The notes beneath the pieces are model-generated. The model worked only from the letters and a program-made list of their open reading frames with translations, did not search any database and had not been told where the DNA came from. The position numbers and the translations under genes were made by a program. A stretch of DNA of 24,212 bases from an uncultured cyanobacterium. GTDB taxonomy: Bacteria > Cyanobacteriota > Cyanobacteriia > Cyanobacteriales > Microcystaceae. Shown piece after piece: positions 9,790-20,199 of this stretch. Numbering within the stretch: the stretch's first letter is position 1; each line of letters opens with the position of its first letter. The DNA is taken from assembly GCA_963807635.1 (NCBI GenBank), contig CAWEDJ010000091.1, positions 1 through 24,212 on the forward strand. Reading direction: 5' to 3'.

Positions 9790-10041
9790 TTATCGTTCAT
9801 GATTTTGGTCTTGCTCTTGCTTGAGTTGTCTGAGGCATTCTTGTCCCATCCCCATCACAAAGAAGGCTCCTGCCCCAATCCAGATAAAATTACGACCATA
9901 TAAATTTTGATAATAGGTACTATGAATGGAACGAATTTGGCTAATGTTACGGGTTAGGGCGATTTGACCCACGCCGTAGCCAATCATTGCCCCAATTAGA
10001 GAAGAAATAATACCACTGGCAAAGACTAACTTAAAATTCAT
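9790..10041 (-). CDS. Small hypothetical two-TM membrane protein
   Basis: ATG-start 83 aa ORF with two Gly-rich hydrophobic helices and a GQEC.RQLK tail. Confidence 0.75.
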   Translation of the reverse strand: MNFKLVFASGIISSLIGAMIGYGVGQIALTRNISQIRSIHSTYYQNLYGRNFIWIGAGAFFVMGMGQECLRQLKQEQDQNHER

Positions 10042-10311
10042 AAGTGTATTTATTAAATTTATTGATAATATTTATATTGGGTTGAAACTGGAGACGAACG
10101 CTTTAAAATTAGTGTCCAAACCAGATATAAGCTAATCCTAGAAGGGTTCCTGTCAACAGAATATGATTCATCCAATCGTCAACTGTCCATTTCTTAAACA
10201 TAAAGTTTTTTCCTCAATTCTTTAGAAAGTAAGTGTATCTTAATATAATTTGGGATTTTGGGTTTGTGAAAGAGCTAATTAATTGACGGTCTTTTTAGAG
10301 TTGTCGTTATT

Positions 10312-10989
10312 TTAAGTATTTGGCAAGGTTGATTCGGTTTCGAGAGTTTCAGGCGATTTTTGACCAAGTTTGGGTTCGCTTCCTGCCAATAGACGTTGGA
10401 TATTCCCAGAATGGCGCGCAATCACATAAATTCCGCCAAGAATCCCAAAGATAAGGTAGGGAAGAGGCTGATTTAGGGCAATCATTAAGACAGTCACCGC
10501 GATCGCGGCTGTAATCGAACTGAGAGAAACAATGCGAGAAATTCCTAGCATCACCAAAAAACTGCCTAATGCTCCTAATGCCACGAGGGGATTCATCACC
10601 GCTAAAACGCCTAGACTCGTTGCAACGGATTTTCCACCCGTAAAATTGAGAAAAATCGATTTGCTATGACCTAAAATTGCGGCGATTCCCGTAAAAAATA
10701 TCAACCAATATTTCCACTCCGTAGGGATTAGTTCAGTCGAAGCAAACTCATAAAATCCCCTCACTAAGCCGATGGCGGCCATTCCTTTTAAGACATCAAT
10801 GCCCAAAACGGCGATCGCGGCAGGTTTCCCCAAATTCCTTAAAACATTGGTTGCACCTGTTGAACCCGAACCGACTTGTCGAATATCGATGCCTTTTAAC
10901 CATTTGCCCGCTAAATATCCCGTCGGAATCGAACCGAATAAATAGGCGAGCAATACCAACAAAAAAGTCAGGCTAAAGGAAATAAACAT
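10312..10989 (-). CDS. plsY: Glycerol-3-phosphate acyltransferase PlsY
   Basis: YLFGSIP, GSGSTGATNVLR, GH..S, F.GGKSVAT, RH.GNIQRL. Confidence 0.96.
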   Translation of the reverse strand: MFISFSLTFLLVLLAYLFGSIPTGYLAGKWLKGIDIRQVGSGSTGATNVLRNLGKPAAIAVLGIDVLKGMAAIGLVRGFYEFASTELIPTEWKYWLIFFTGIAAILGHSKSIFLNFTGGKSVATSLGVLAVMNPLVALGALGSFLVMLGISRIVSLSSITAAIAVTVLMIALNQPLPYLIFGILGGIYVIARHSGNIQRLLAGSEPKLGQKSPETLETESTLPNT

Positions 10990-11024
10990 AGGTAATTAAT
11001 CAATAAAATCTATATTATTTTATC

Positions 11025-11101
11025 GTAGGGGCGAATTGCGATCGCCCTCAAACAATCTATTTACTACTGGAAAAAGACATAATATATTATGTCCCTACAA
11101 A
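11025..11101. repeat. Pair of inward-facing GTAG-headed REP-like palindromes
   Basis: + strand GTAGGGGCGAATTGCGATCGCCCT (11025-11048); - strand TTTGTAGGGACATAATATATTATGTC (11101-11076) containing the perfect palindrome GACATAATATATTATGTC. Confidence 0.65.
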
Positions 11102-11136
11102 AATTTTGTCTATCATAATCTACTGTAAATTATTCA

Positions 11137-12342
11137 TTAAGAATAATAATTACTAGAAAGTTTCTGGGGATCGGGGGCAAAGGCGAGCCAGAGGGGAAAC
11201 TGCAAGAGGGCTAGATTCACTTGATCTTCGGCTTCATCAATGATTACAAGCGGTAATTGTTTATCTTCAACTAACCGTTCTGCTTTTTGGATTAAGGCTT
11301 CAGGAGATTCAAATAAAACGACTCCCCGTTCTGGGCGAAAGTCAGTGCGAGAAATGCCTAAACAATCCTGTAGTCCTCTGCGCCATTCGCCCAATCTTTC
11401 GGGAGTATTGGCTAAAATCAACGCCCGACTGCGATCGCCGTAAAGAGAATGAATCACCGCAATAATCGATGAACCAACCAGAATATTTTGTAAACGACTC
11501 CCCATTGTAATCACCACGCCCCGTCCTCCCTGGCTAAAAAACCAGTTTTGCACCCGCTCGGCATGGATCGGCTCAAAAGTACGGCGCAATTGCCAGGGCG
11601 GGCCATAATAATCAGGACGAGTGCGATATTGTTCTAAAATGCGCTGAATTTGGCGGCGTTGTTCCTCAAAGCTTTGTTCACCGAAGTTTGGTTTGGCATT
11701 ACTCGGTACATTGATGAGAATAGCCGCGACAGGCTGTTTTGTGTCATTCCAGGTATCAGAATTTCCTAACTCTAATTGATCCGCCGCCGAGACGAGATCT
11801 TGTAAACTACCGACTAAATAATCCTTAAAACCCTGCACCCGTATGGCCAAATCCTGGGAAACCCCTGCAAAGGTTGTCCGCATTTCCTGACGAATTTTTT
11901 CCTGACGACGCTCTAATTGTTCAACGGTCACTTCTAAAGACTGTTTGCGCTGTTCTAGCTCCCGTAATCCTTCCTTCAGCAGTTTTTCAATGGTAGTTCG
12001 GACTTCAACGGTTTTTTCATTGAGAAGTTGTTCTTTTTCAGCTTTCAAAGCCTGGATTTCTTGTTGTAAACTAGCTTTTTGCTGTTCTAAATCCCCAATC
12101 TCAGTATCGATTTGAGGCTCATTTTTAGGCTTATCAGGGAAACTTGCAGCTTCTGTGGTCGAGAAGTCGGTTAGAGTCAGTTCCAAGGGAACAGGTTCGA
12201 GAGATTCCTCCTGGGTAGGAATTTCCAGCATTTCACTGAATTCCACGTCAGTAATGGATTCCGCGATCGCTTCCATCGGAATTTTGACTGTCGATTCGTC
12301 AGTCTGCTCAGGGTTGGGATTTAACGGGATTTCTGAATTCAT
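11137..12342 (-). CDS. DUF3086-family coiled-coil protein
   Basis: EMRTTFAGVSQDLAIRVQGFKDYLVGSLQDL, PDYYGPPWQLRRTF; located between DUF3119 and plsY as is usual in cyanobacteria. Confidence 0.85.
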   Translation of the reverse strand: MNSEIPLNPNPEQTDESTVKIPMEAIAESITDVEFSEMLEIPTQEESLEPVPLELTLTDFSTTEAASFPDKPKNEPQIDTEIGDLEQQKASLQQEIQALKAEKEQLLNEKTVEVRTTIEKLLKEGLRELEQRKQSLEVTVEQLERRQEKIRQEMRTTFAGVSQDLAIRVQGFKDYLVGSLQDLVSAADQLELGNSDTWNDTKQPVAAILINVPSNAKPNFGEQSFEEQRRQIQRILEQYRTRPDYYGPPWQLRRTFEPIHAERVQNWFFSQGGRGVVITMGSRLQNILVGSSIIAVIHSLYGDRSRALILANTPERLGEWRRGLQDCLGISRTDFRPERGVVLFESPEALIQKAERLVEDKQLPLVIIDEAEDQVNLALLQFPLWLAFAPDPQKLSSNYYS

Positions 12343-12370
12343 TAATATTAAATAAATAATTTAAGCAATT

Positions 12371-12762
12371 TTAAGGAACGTAGGGACAATGTTTTTCTAA
12401 ACAGGCTTTGAGCGTTTTAGGGCTAAAGATAATGGGTAAAAAATGAATGCTCTTTACTTCTTTAAAATAAAATAAAATGGGGACGGGTTCCCAAAAAATT
12501 CGCCAATTTTGCCATTCGGCATAGGGAAAACGACGAATTAACTGACCAGAACGATAAACATCTAAATCGGTTTCGGTAAATTGCAGGCGCAGGGTCACGG
12601 TTTGAAACAGGAGAAACAAACCAAATAGCCCAATCGGTAAACTGGCCAGGGTTGAACTAAAAGTAAGGCGATCGCTATTCCGACTAAAACCAGGGGAATG
12701 GTATAACTAGGAGACAGTTCGACAACTGAGTTGCTAATCGGAGTCGTGGGAGTGGTGGTCAT
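12371..12762 (-). CDS. DUF3119-family membrane protein; apparent 1-nt deletion near 12646
   Basis: ATG 12762 MTTTPTTP..ELSPSYTIPLVL..QPW joins FGLFLLFQTVTLRLQFT..FPY.EW..W..FW..PILFYFKEV.SIHFLP if one G is restored (TGGCC to TGGGCC). Confidence 0.85.
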
Positions 12763-12976
12763 GGTGTAACCCGTGTCGCTAAAGTAATCATCAATCGTGT
12801 CTTTATCTTACCTATACTATACGAGGGCCGCTAATCGTAAGGGAATTCTAGTCCATCGGAGGAGAAAATTTTGCCTTGATTTAACGAAATATTGGCGATC
12901 GCTATAAAATGATTGAAGATTGTTTTAAAAAAATTTAGTTCTATTTCTCTGTTCTTAACTTTCATAAAACCCCGTA

Positions 12977-14176
12977 ATGAAAAAAAATTCCGTTAAGCAA
13001 TTGTTCAGCCAGGTGGGAATGTGGATGATTCCCCTCGTCTCCGTCACTTCTGTCCCTCTTGCCCTTGCCTATTGGTCTTCAAATAAACCGACTCCCTCCG
13101 AACCCGTTGCGATCGCCCCCGTCCCTCCCCAAGTTGAACCGACCGCCCCGCCCTTGGCCGAAATACCAAGTCCCGTCGCGCCAATTTTACAAAAACCTGT
13201 GCCTGTAGCACCTACTAAACCAGAATTAACTAAAAAGCAGTCCGAAATATCATCCTCCAAGATGACGATTCCCGACCCCTTGCCCCTGCCTAAATCCTCG
13301 GTCAAATCAGAAAAATCTTCTCATAAAGCCGTTTCCCCTGCAAGCACGAACCCAAAGAAAACGGCGCACCTTAAAAAATCCCCTGCTTCCCATCAAGCGA
13401 ATTCCCCCAAACGTCAACGTCCTGCCGTCGCGACCCAGCCCCCCTATACCCCGCCACCGTTGGAAATCCGAGTGGGTGTGGCCAGAGATGCCGCTAGTGT
13501 GACTATTGGAACCTCAAATCAAGCTTTTATTCAAGAACGAGCGGGGGGAACCCTGAAAACGGTCTCTGCTAATCAATCCCTAACCGTTACCCCCAATGGT
13601 AATTCCTTAAATATCGGCAATATGACCGTCCCAGGTATTGCTTGGTTAACCCCTGCTCAGGGTAGTTATATTTTTGTCGGCGATCGCTGGTATCGGGGTA
13701 GGTTACTCTTGGTCTCGAAAGGTAACAGTGTCGTTGCGGTCAACTATGTCGATCTAGAGCATTATTTAACCAGTGTGGTTGGTAGTGAAATGCACGCCAC
13801 CGCCCCGACAGAAGCTCTCAAAGCTCAGGCGATCGCGGCCCGTTCCTACGCTCTCGTTCACATGATTCGGCCTGCCAGTCAATGGTTTGATCTCGGTGAT
13901 AACCAACGTTGGCAAGTCTATAAAGGCATTAATAGTGAATATAATTCTGGTTTTCAGGCTGTTTCCGCCACAATGGGACAGGTTCTGAGTTATAAAGGGG
14001 GGGTCGTTGAATCTCTCTATGCTTCTACGGACGATATTGTTGCAACGGCTCACAGTGGTAGGGGAATGAGTCAAATTGGAGCCTATGGTTTAGCCAAGCA
14101 AGGCTATGATTATCAGCAAATTCTCAATCGCTATTATCCAGGCGTGAGTTTAGCCAGGGTTATTTTGAAACAGTAA
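12977..14176 (+). CDS. SpoIID/LytB-domain protein (lytic transglycosylase-like) with N-terminal anchor and Pro/Lys-rich linker
   Basis: YRGRL, VNYVDLEHYLTSVVGSEM, EALKAQAIAARSYA, QVYKG, GMSQ.GA..LA..G.DY..IL..YYPG. Confidence 0.92.
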   Translation: MKKNSVKQLFSQVGMWMIPLVSVTSVPLALAYWSSNKPTPSEPVAIAPVPPQVEPTAPPLAEIPSPVAPILQKPVPVAPTKPELTKKQSEISSSKMTIPDPLPLPKSSVKSEKSSHKAVSPASTNPKKTAHLKKSPASHQANSPKRQRPAVATQPPYTPPPLEIRVGVARDAASVTIGTSNQAFIQERAGGTLKTVSANQSLTVTPNGNSLNIGNMTVPGIAWLTPAQGSYIFVGDRWYRGRLLLVSKGNSVVAVNYVDLEHYLTSVVGSEMHATAPTEALKAQAIAARSYALVHMIRPASQWFDLGDNQRWQVYKGINSEYNSGFQAVSATMGQVLSYKGGVVESLYASTDDIVATAHSGRGMSQIGAYGLAKQGYDYQQILNRYYPGVSLARVILKQ

Positions 14177-14253
14177 AAAATCTGGAATTAACTCCTCTGA
14201 GTCACTAGTTGCAATGAAATACAGAAAATTGCGTTGTGATCACAGAAAAAGTC

Positions 14254-14284
14254 TTTGTAGGGACATAATATATGATGTCCTTAT
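14254..14284 (+). repeat. GTAG-headed REP-like palindrome (second copy of the 11076-11101 element)
   Basis: TTTGTAGGGACATAATATATGATGTCC, 25/26 identical to the reverse complement of 11076-11101; lies between convergent genes. Confidence 0.7.
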
Positions 14285-14306
14285 CCTGTAGGGAGTTTAA
14301 CCTGAT

Positions 14307-15119
14307 CTAATAGTTTTTAATAAATAATTCTTGCCCCTTAGCGGCAGAGGTTTGTTTGTAATTATTCATTCCATATTGCAGTGTCCATTCGGTGATATTC
14401 GCAAAGTCAAATAAGGCACGAATTTCAGGAGAGTCATCATAGGTAATCAACCATTTATGGTGACATTTCTTCATGTTTTCCGCAAACCGTTCATGATCAA
14501 AGGAAGTATGCAAAGATCCTTTTCGACCATAGAGTTTTGATTTTGTTGCGGCCAGATAAGGAGGATCAAGAAAGATAAAAACATCTTTTCCTTCTTTAAA
14601 AAGAATATTTTCATAATCATCATTGGTAATCTGAATAGAAGATAAAAAAGGAGATAATTGGAGTAATCTCTCAATAGACGAATGGGTAAATCTTTTTTCA
14701 TAAGCCTGTTGAGAATATCCCCTCGAATCGACTGTCCCCGAAAAAGTAATGCGATTTAAGACGAAAAAACGGACTGCTCGATCAAAATCATTAAGGCTAG
14801 AATCATCAGACGTTAACTGTTTAAAAAGTTCTTTCCCATTAATATTTTTTTGTTTGATCTCCTCAACTTGCTCAACCATTAATTGAATTTCATTTTGTGC
14901 CGATTTCCAAAAACAATAAAGGTCAAAATTCAAGTCATTAATCCAATAGTGTTTTATTTGCTCTCCCAATAGTTGTTTAATGGCTAAAAAAACTGAACCC
15001 CCACCAATAAACGGTTCTCGGTATTCGCTAATATTTGTAGGAATATGAGGGATGATTTGACGAAGAGCTTTTTGTTTTCCGCCTGGGTAACGCAGGGGAC
15101 TTTTGATTGGGGGGATCAT
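14307..15119 (-). CDS. Dam-family (D12 class) N6-adenine DNA methyltransferase, orphan
   Basis: SPLRYPGGK, EPFIGGGSV (motif I), INDLN, FLDPPY (motif IV). Confidence 0.92.
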   Translation of the reverse strand: MIPPIKSPLRYPGGKQKALRQIIPHIPTNISEYREPFIGGGSVFLAIKQLLGEQIKHYWINDLNFDLYCFWKSAQNEIQLMVEQVEEIKQKNINGKELFKQLTSDDSSLNDFDRAVRFFVLNRITFSGTVDSRGYSQQAYEKRFTHSSIERLLQLSPFLSSIQITNDDYENILFKEGKDVFIFLDPPYLAATKSKLYGRKGSLHTSFDHERFAENMKKCHHKWLITYDDSPEIRALFDFANITEWTLQYGMNNYKQTSAAKGQELFIKNY

Positions 15120-15316
15120 AACTGGTGATTCTCTGGGATTTTAATTTCTTCAAACTAAGGGAAGACAACCGACTATCGGCGATCGCGGACTTAGACCAAG
15201 TAAAACTGAATCAAATCGTATCTTTGTCCATACTATGAGGAATGCTTGTCATTCTAGATTCTAATGAGGGATCAAACTGGGGAGACTGCCCTATTGATTT
15301 TGTTACACAAAAAAAT

Positions 15317-15330
15317 GTAGCTATTTATAC
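15317..15330. promoter_or_regulatory. NtcA-like box upstream of gdhA
   Basis: tGTA-GCTATTTA-TAC, 123 nt upstream of the gdhA ATG; no canonical TA-N3-T at 22 nt. Confidence 0.45.
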
Positions 15331-15453
15331 CATTTTTGTGTTCTAATGGAATTATGGACTATACGCCCAAAAAAGGTCACTATTCTTAACATCTAGACAG
15401 AAAATTTAACTATTTCCCCAAAATCTTCAACGGGGTAAAGGAGAGTAATCACC

Positions 15454-16755
15454 ATGACCGAATCGCTTTCGCTGTTGTCTGATGCGAGCAAACGTTTAGA
15501 AAAAGCTATTAAGTATGTCTCCATTTCGGAAGATGCCACTGAACGACTGAAATACCCGAAAGCCAGTTTAAGTGTCTCTATTCCCGTCCGCATGGACAAT
15601 GGATCATTGCGAATTTTTCAGGGCTATCGAGTCCGTTACGACGACACTAGGGGGCCAGGCAAAGGCGGTGTTCGTTACCATCCCAATGTCAACATGGATG
15701 AAGTGCAATCTCTGGCGTTTTGGATGACTTTCAAGTGTGCCTTGTTAAATCTTCCCTTTGGTGGCGCAAAAGGCGGTATTACCCTCAATCCCAAGGAACT
15801 CTCTAAGCAGGAATTAGAACGGTTAAGTCGTGGCTATATAGAAGCGATCGCCGACTTTATTGGCCCAGACATTGATATTTTGGCTCCTGATGTCTATACC
15901 AACGAAATGATGATGGGTTGGATGATGGATCAATACAGCATTATCCAACGCAAAATTAGTCCAGGGGTCGTCACAGGTAAACCGATTACAATGGGCGGCA
16001 GTCAAGGACGCAATACCGCAACGGGAACGGGAGCTTTCTTTATTTTGGAAGCCATGCTCCGCAAATTTGACCTAGATCCCGCCAATACCAGCATCGCAGT
16101 TCAGGGATTGGGTAATGCGGGAATGGTCGTTGCCGAACTTTTGTATAAAACAGGTTACAAAATTGTCGCTGTCAGTGATTCCCAAGGCGGAATTTATAAC
16201 GAAAAGGGATTAGATCTACCCAAAATTATTCAACATAAATTAGAAAATCGGGCGATCGCAGGAATGTATTGTAAAGATACCGTTTGCGACCTAGAAGAAA
16301 ACTTGAGTATTACCAATGAAGAATTACTCGCTTTAGAAGTCGATGTTTTAGTTCCCGCCGCCCTAGAAAATCAAATTACCGAAGCGAATGCGGCCAACGT
16401 CAAAGCCAAATATATTTTTGAAGTTGCCAATGGCCCGATCACCTCGGCGGCAGATGCCATTTTAGACAGCAAAGGCATTTATGTTTTTCCTGATATTTTG
16501 GTCAATGCAGGAGGAGTCACCGTTAGTTATTTCGAGTGGGTACAAAATAGGAGCGGACTTTATTGGAGTCTAACGGAAGTCAATGAACACCTCAAGCAAA
16601 AAATGGTTATTGAAGCCGAAGAAGTCTGGAAAACGGCGGAAGAGTTTGCAGTCCCCCTACGGACTGCCGCCTACGTCCATGCTCTCAATCGTTTAGGTGA
16701 AGCTCTCGATGCCAAGGGAACCAGGGATTATTATCTCAATCACCATCAAGGATAA
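15454..16755 (+). CDS. gdhA: Glutamate dehydrogenase (Glu/Leu/Phe/Val dehydrogenase family)
   Basis: GPGKGGVRYHP, LPFGGAKGG, APDVYT, VTGKP, QGLGNAG, EVANGP, NAGGVTVSYFEW; AAGGAG RBS. Confidence 0.93.
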   Translation: MTESLSLLSDASKRLEKAIKYVSISEDATERLKYPKASLSVSIPVRMDNGSLRIFQGYRVRYDDTRGPGKGGVRYHPNVNMDEVQSLAFWMTFKCALLNLPFGGAKGGITLNPKELSKQELERLSRGYIEAIADFIGPDIDILAPDVYTNEMMMGWMMDQYSIIQRKISPGVVTGKPITMGGSQGRNTATGTGAFFILEAMLRKFDLDPANTSIAVQGLGNAGMVVAELLYKTGYKIVAVSDSQGGIYNEKGLDLPKIIQHKLENRAIAGMYCKDTVCDLEENLSITNEELLALEVDVLVPAALENQITEANAANVKAKYIFEVANGPITSAADAILDSKGIYVFPDILVNAGGVTVSYFEWVQNRSGLYWSLTEVNEHLKQKMVIEAEEVWKTAEEFAVPLRTAAYVHALNRLGEALDAKGTRDYYLNHHQG

Positions 16756-16952
16756 AAGTCACTTCTCGCCCCTAATTACTTGCTTTTCAGAGTTTTTTCA
16801 GAACGCAAAGCTTGCCCCCAAAGCTCAAAGAATAAACATTTAATTGAGAGAAATTGGGTTCGCATTTTAAGATTCTCTTCTGGTGTGTGACCGTCAAAAG
16901 TGTTACGATTGCCACATGAAGAAGAAACGCGATAATAAGGAAGAAACGCTAA

Positions 16953-19108
16953 ATGCAAGAATTTGAAAAGTCAATATCCTTTGACGGAAGAGATATTCGA
17001 CTCAAAATCGGGATGCTCGCGCCCCAAGCTGGGGGAGCCGTCTTGATTCAATCTGGGGATACGGCAGTTTTAGTCACCGCAACCAGAGCAGCCGGGCGAG
17101 AAGGTATCGATTTTCTACCCCTGACCGTTGATTATGAAGAGCGTCAGTATGCAGCAGGACGGATTCCTGGTGGTTTTCTTCGCCGAGAAGGCTCGTCCCC
17201 CGAAAAAGCGACTTTAACAGGTCGTTTGATTGACCGCCCCCTGCGTCCTCTGTTTCCCCATTGGTTACGAGATGATATTCAGGTCATTGCTACCACTCTA
17301 TCGATGGACGAAGAAGTTCCACCCGATGTTTTGGCGGTAACAGGAGCATCGATCGCGGTCATTTTAGCGAGAATTCCTTTCTATGGGCCAATGGCGGCTG
17401 TCCGAGTAGGTTTAGTCGGGGATGATTTTATTATTAATCCGACCTATCGAGAGATTAGTAATGGGGATCTCGATCTTGTCGTCGCGGGGACTCCTGATGG
17501 GGTTGTCATGGTGGAAGCTGGAGCCAATCAGTTGCCAGAACAGGACATCATTGAAGCGATCGATTTTGGTTATGAAGCGGTTCGAGATTTAATTGCAGCC
17601 CAACGTGAGTTGATGTCCCAGTTAGGCATTGAATTCGCCGTGGCCGAACCTCCTGTCGAAAATGAAGCCTTGGCTCAATTCCTACAAGAGCGTGCCGCAG
17701 AACCGATTACCAAAATTCTCGCCCAGTTTGATTTGGGTAAGGATGGACGGGATAAGGCCCTCGATGAAATTAAGGAAACGACAATTGTAAGCGCGATCGC
17801 GGAATTACCCGAAGAAGATCCCGTTAAACAATCGGTGACTGAGGCTCCCAAACTGCTTCCTACGCTGTACAAAAAACTAACCAAAAAGCTCATGCGCCGT
17901 CAAATCCTAGAAGACGGAGTGCGCGTGGATGGTCGAAAACTAGACGAAGTGCGTCCCATTATTTGTATGAGTCGGTGATATTACCCCAACGAGTACATGG
18001 TAGCGGTTTATTTAACCGAGGACTAACCCAGGTACTATCCTGTGCAACCCTGGGATCTCCTGGAGATGCTCAAAATCTTAGCGATGACTTCCATCCCGAA
18101 GACGAAAAACGTTATCTACATCACTATAACTTTCCACCCTTTTCCGTTGGTGAAACCCGACCCTACGCGATCCCCAGGACGAAGGGAAATTGGTCATGGA
18201 GCATTGAGCTGAAAGAGCCATTGTTGCCTGTATTGCCGCCCCAAGATTGATTCCCCTACGTAATCCGCGTAGTTTCGGAGGTGCTTTCTTCCAACGGTTC
18301 GACTTCCATGGGTTCGGTCTGCGGTTCTACCTTAGCCTTGATGGATGCGGGTGTCCAATTACCAAACCCGTAAGTGGCGCGGCGATGGGTCTGATCAAGG
18401 AAGGCGACGAAGTCCGAATTCTGACCGATATCCAAGGAATTGAAGACTTTTTAGGAGATATGGACTTCAAAGTTGCTGGAACTGATACTGGGAATCACTG
18501 CCCTGCAGATGGACATGAAGATCACGGGCTTAACAATAGAAGTCATCGCCCAGGCAATCCAACCAAGCCCGACCAGCGCGACTCACATTCTGGAAAAAAT
18601 GCTCCAGACGATCGCCACCCCCCGTCCCGAACTGTCACCCTTTGCCCCTCGCCTGTTGACAATTAAGATCGATCCTGAAATGATTGGTCTGGTCATTGGG
18701 CCTGGTGGTAAAACCATCAAGGGCATTACTGAGCAAACTGGTTGCAAGATCGACATTGCCGATGATGGTACCGTGACCATTGCCGCAATGAAGGTGAAAA
18801 AGCGCGAAAAAGCGCGGAAAATATCTTCAACATGACCCGTAAGCTCAATGAAGGTGATGTTTAATCGGTCGTGTGACCCGCATTATCCCAATTGGTGCCT
18901 TTGTGGAAGTTTTGCCCGGAAAAGAAGGCATGATTCACATTTCTCAACTGGCAGAAGATCGGGTCGGAAAAGTGGAAGATGAAGTCGCTGTTGGTGATGA
19001 AGTGATCGTCAAAGTCCGAGAAATCGACAGTAAAGGTCGATTAAACTCACTCGCTTGGGTATTCACCCGATGAAGCGGCAGGACAGCCGTCAGTATACTC
19101 CTGCCTAA
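16953..19108 (+). CDS. pnp: Polyribonucleotide nucleotidyltransferase (PNPase); several apparent frameshifts in the 3' half
   Basis: [53 protein letters not shown] (IGPGGKTIK) and S1 ([12 protein letters not shown]) pieces spread over successive frames. Confidence 0.95.
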
Positions 19109-19381
19109 TCACCCTTAACTCGATTTATCTATTAATACCAATAAAATTTCAAGTGTTCAAAATTTAAAGTAATCTTCTCACGGGAAAGTAAACTTTAGAT
19201 TTCGCTTTTTTATTGCCTAAAATATTAAGCATTTGAGTTTGATGGTCAGATGTCATATTTTCTGAGTGTGATCCCCCCTTGACGAATAAGAATAATACTT
19301 ATCTGTAATTTACGCTAAACTTTGTTTAGAAATATAAAGAATAATTTGGTTCCGTCGATACGAAGTCAAGGATAACAAACA

Positions 19382-20085
19382 ATGCAAACCCTCGCAAAAC
19401 CCACTTTAAATAAGCATTCATCGCGTTTTGAGCAACCGTTGAAAGTGATTGCCCTGGGAGATAGCCTGGTGTATGGATTTGGTGATCCGATCGGGGGAGG
19501 ATGGGTAGAGCGTTTACGTCGTTCTTGGATGGAAGCAGATGATCATATTCTCTACAATTTAGGAATTCGGGGCGATCGCGTAGCCCAGGTTAGTGAAAGG
19601 CTAGAACAAGAATTTCGTTATCGGGGAGAAATTCGCAACCGAGTCCCCGATTTAATTTTGCTATCGGTGGGAGTCAATGACACTCCTCGATTGGGCCGAC
19701 CCGACGGCAAATCTTTTACTAATTTTGAGCTTTTCCAAACCCAAATCATCAATTTATTGGAGCAGGCACAACAACTGTGTCCCATTCTCTTTGTCGGTAT
19801 GGTTCCCGTAAATGAAGAAAAAATGCCGTTTTTAGATTGTTTGTACTTTAATCACTTTGATCAATATCGTTATAAGGAATTCACGAAACACGCTTGTCAG
19901 GCAAGACAAATCCCCTACCTAGACCTTTTTGAATTATGGCAACATCGGGGAGACGAATAATGGTTCGATCGCATCTCAGTGATGATGGACTTCATCCCAA
20001 TGTGGCGGGCTATAAAGTATTGTTAGATGATGTTTTAAACTGGTATCCCTTCCAATCCTTAGCTCTGCGTGCAGGGATTGCTTAG
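19382..20085 (+). CDS. GDSL/SGNH hydrolase; frameshift near 19955-19965
   Basis: ALGDSLVYG, NLGIRGD, GVND; the catalytic DGLHPN motif follows in another frame ending at TAG 20083-20085. Confidence 0.88.
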
Positions 20086-20199
20086 CGTTAAATTTATTCA
20101 GATTATACCCTGGCGAGTTAATAGAGACTAGCACCTTAGTTTGCTAAATGCTTTTTTATGTCTCCTCTTTTTTTGGGAAATTTTTATAGGAGTTAGTTA

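Noticed and set aside
9790..10041. 83-aa protein as exosortase substrate
   Set aside because: No PEP motif, TM and basic-cluster tail arrangement; it is convergent with the crtA pair, not in its operon
15120..15231. Remnant restriction endonuclease gene upstream of the methylase (FEEIKIPENHQL-stop overlapping the ATG)
   Set aside because: Only 12 open codons, bounded by stops; cannot be supported without a search
2853..18780. Many antisense or alternative-frame ORFs in the track (e.g. 3303..3590, 4538..4915, 6342..6654, 7277..7600, 8031..8420, 13766..14074, 17675..17893)
   Set aside because: They overlap well-supported genes and lack motifs; shadow ORFs
17960..19108. Programmed frameshifting or intron in pnp
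   Set aside because: Too many independent breaks, no slippery-site pattern and no inserted sequence; total length fits a normal pnp
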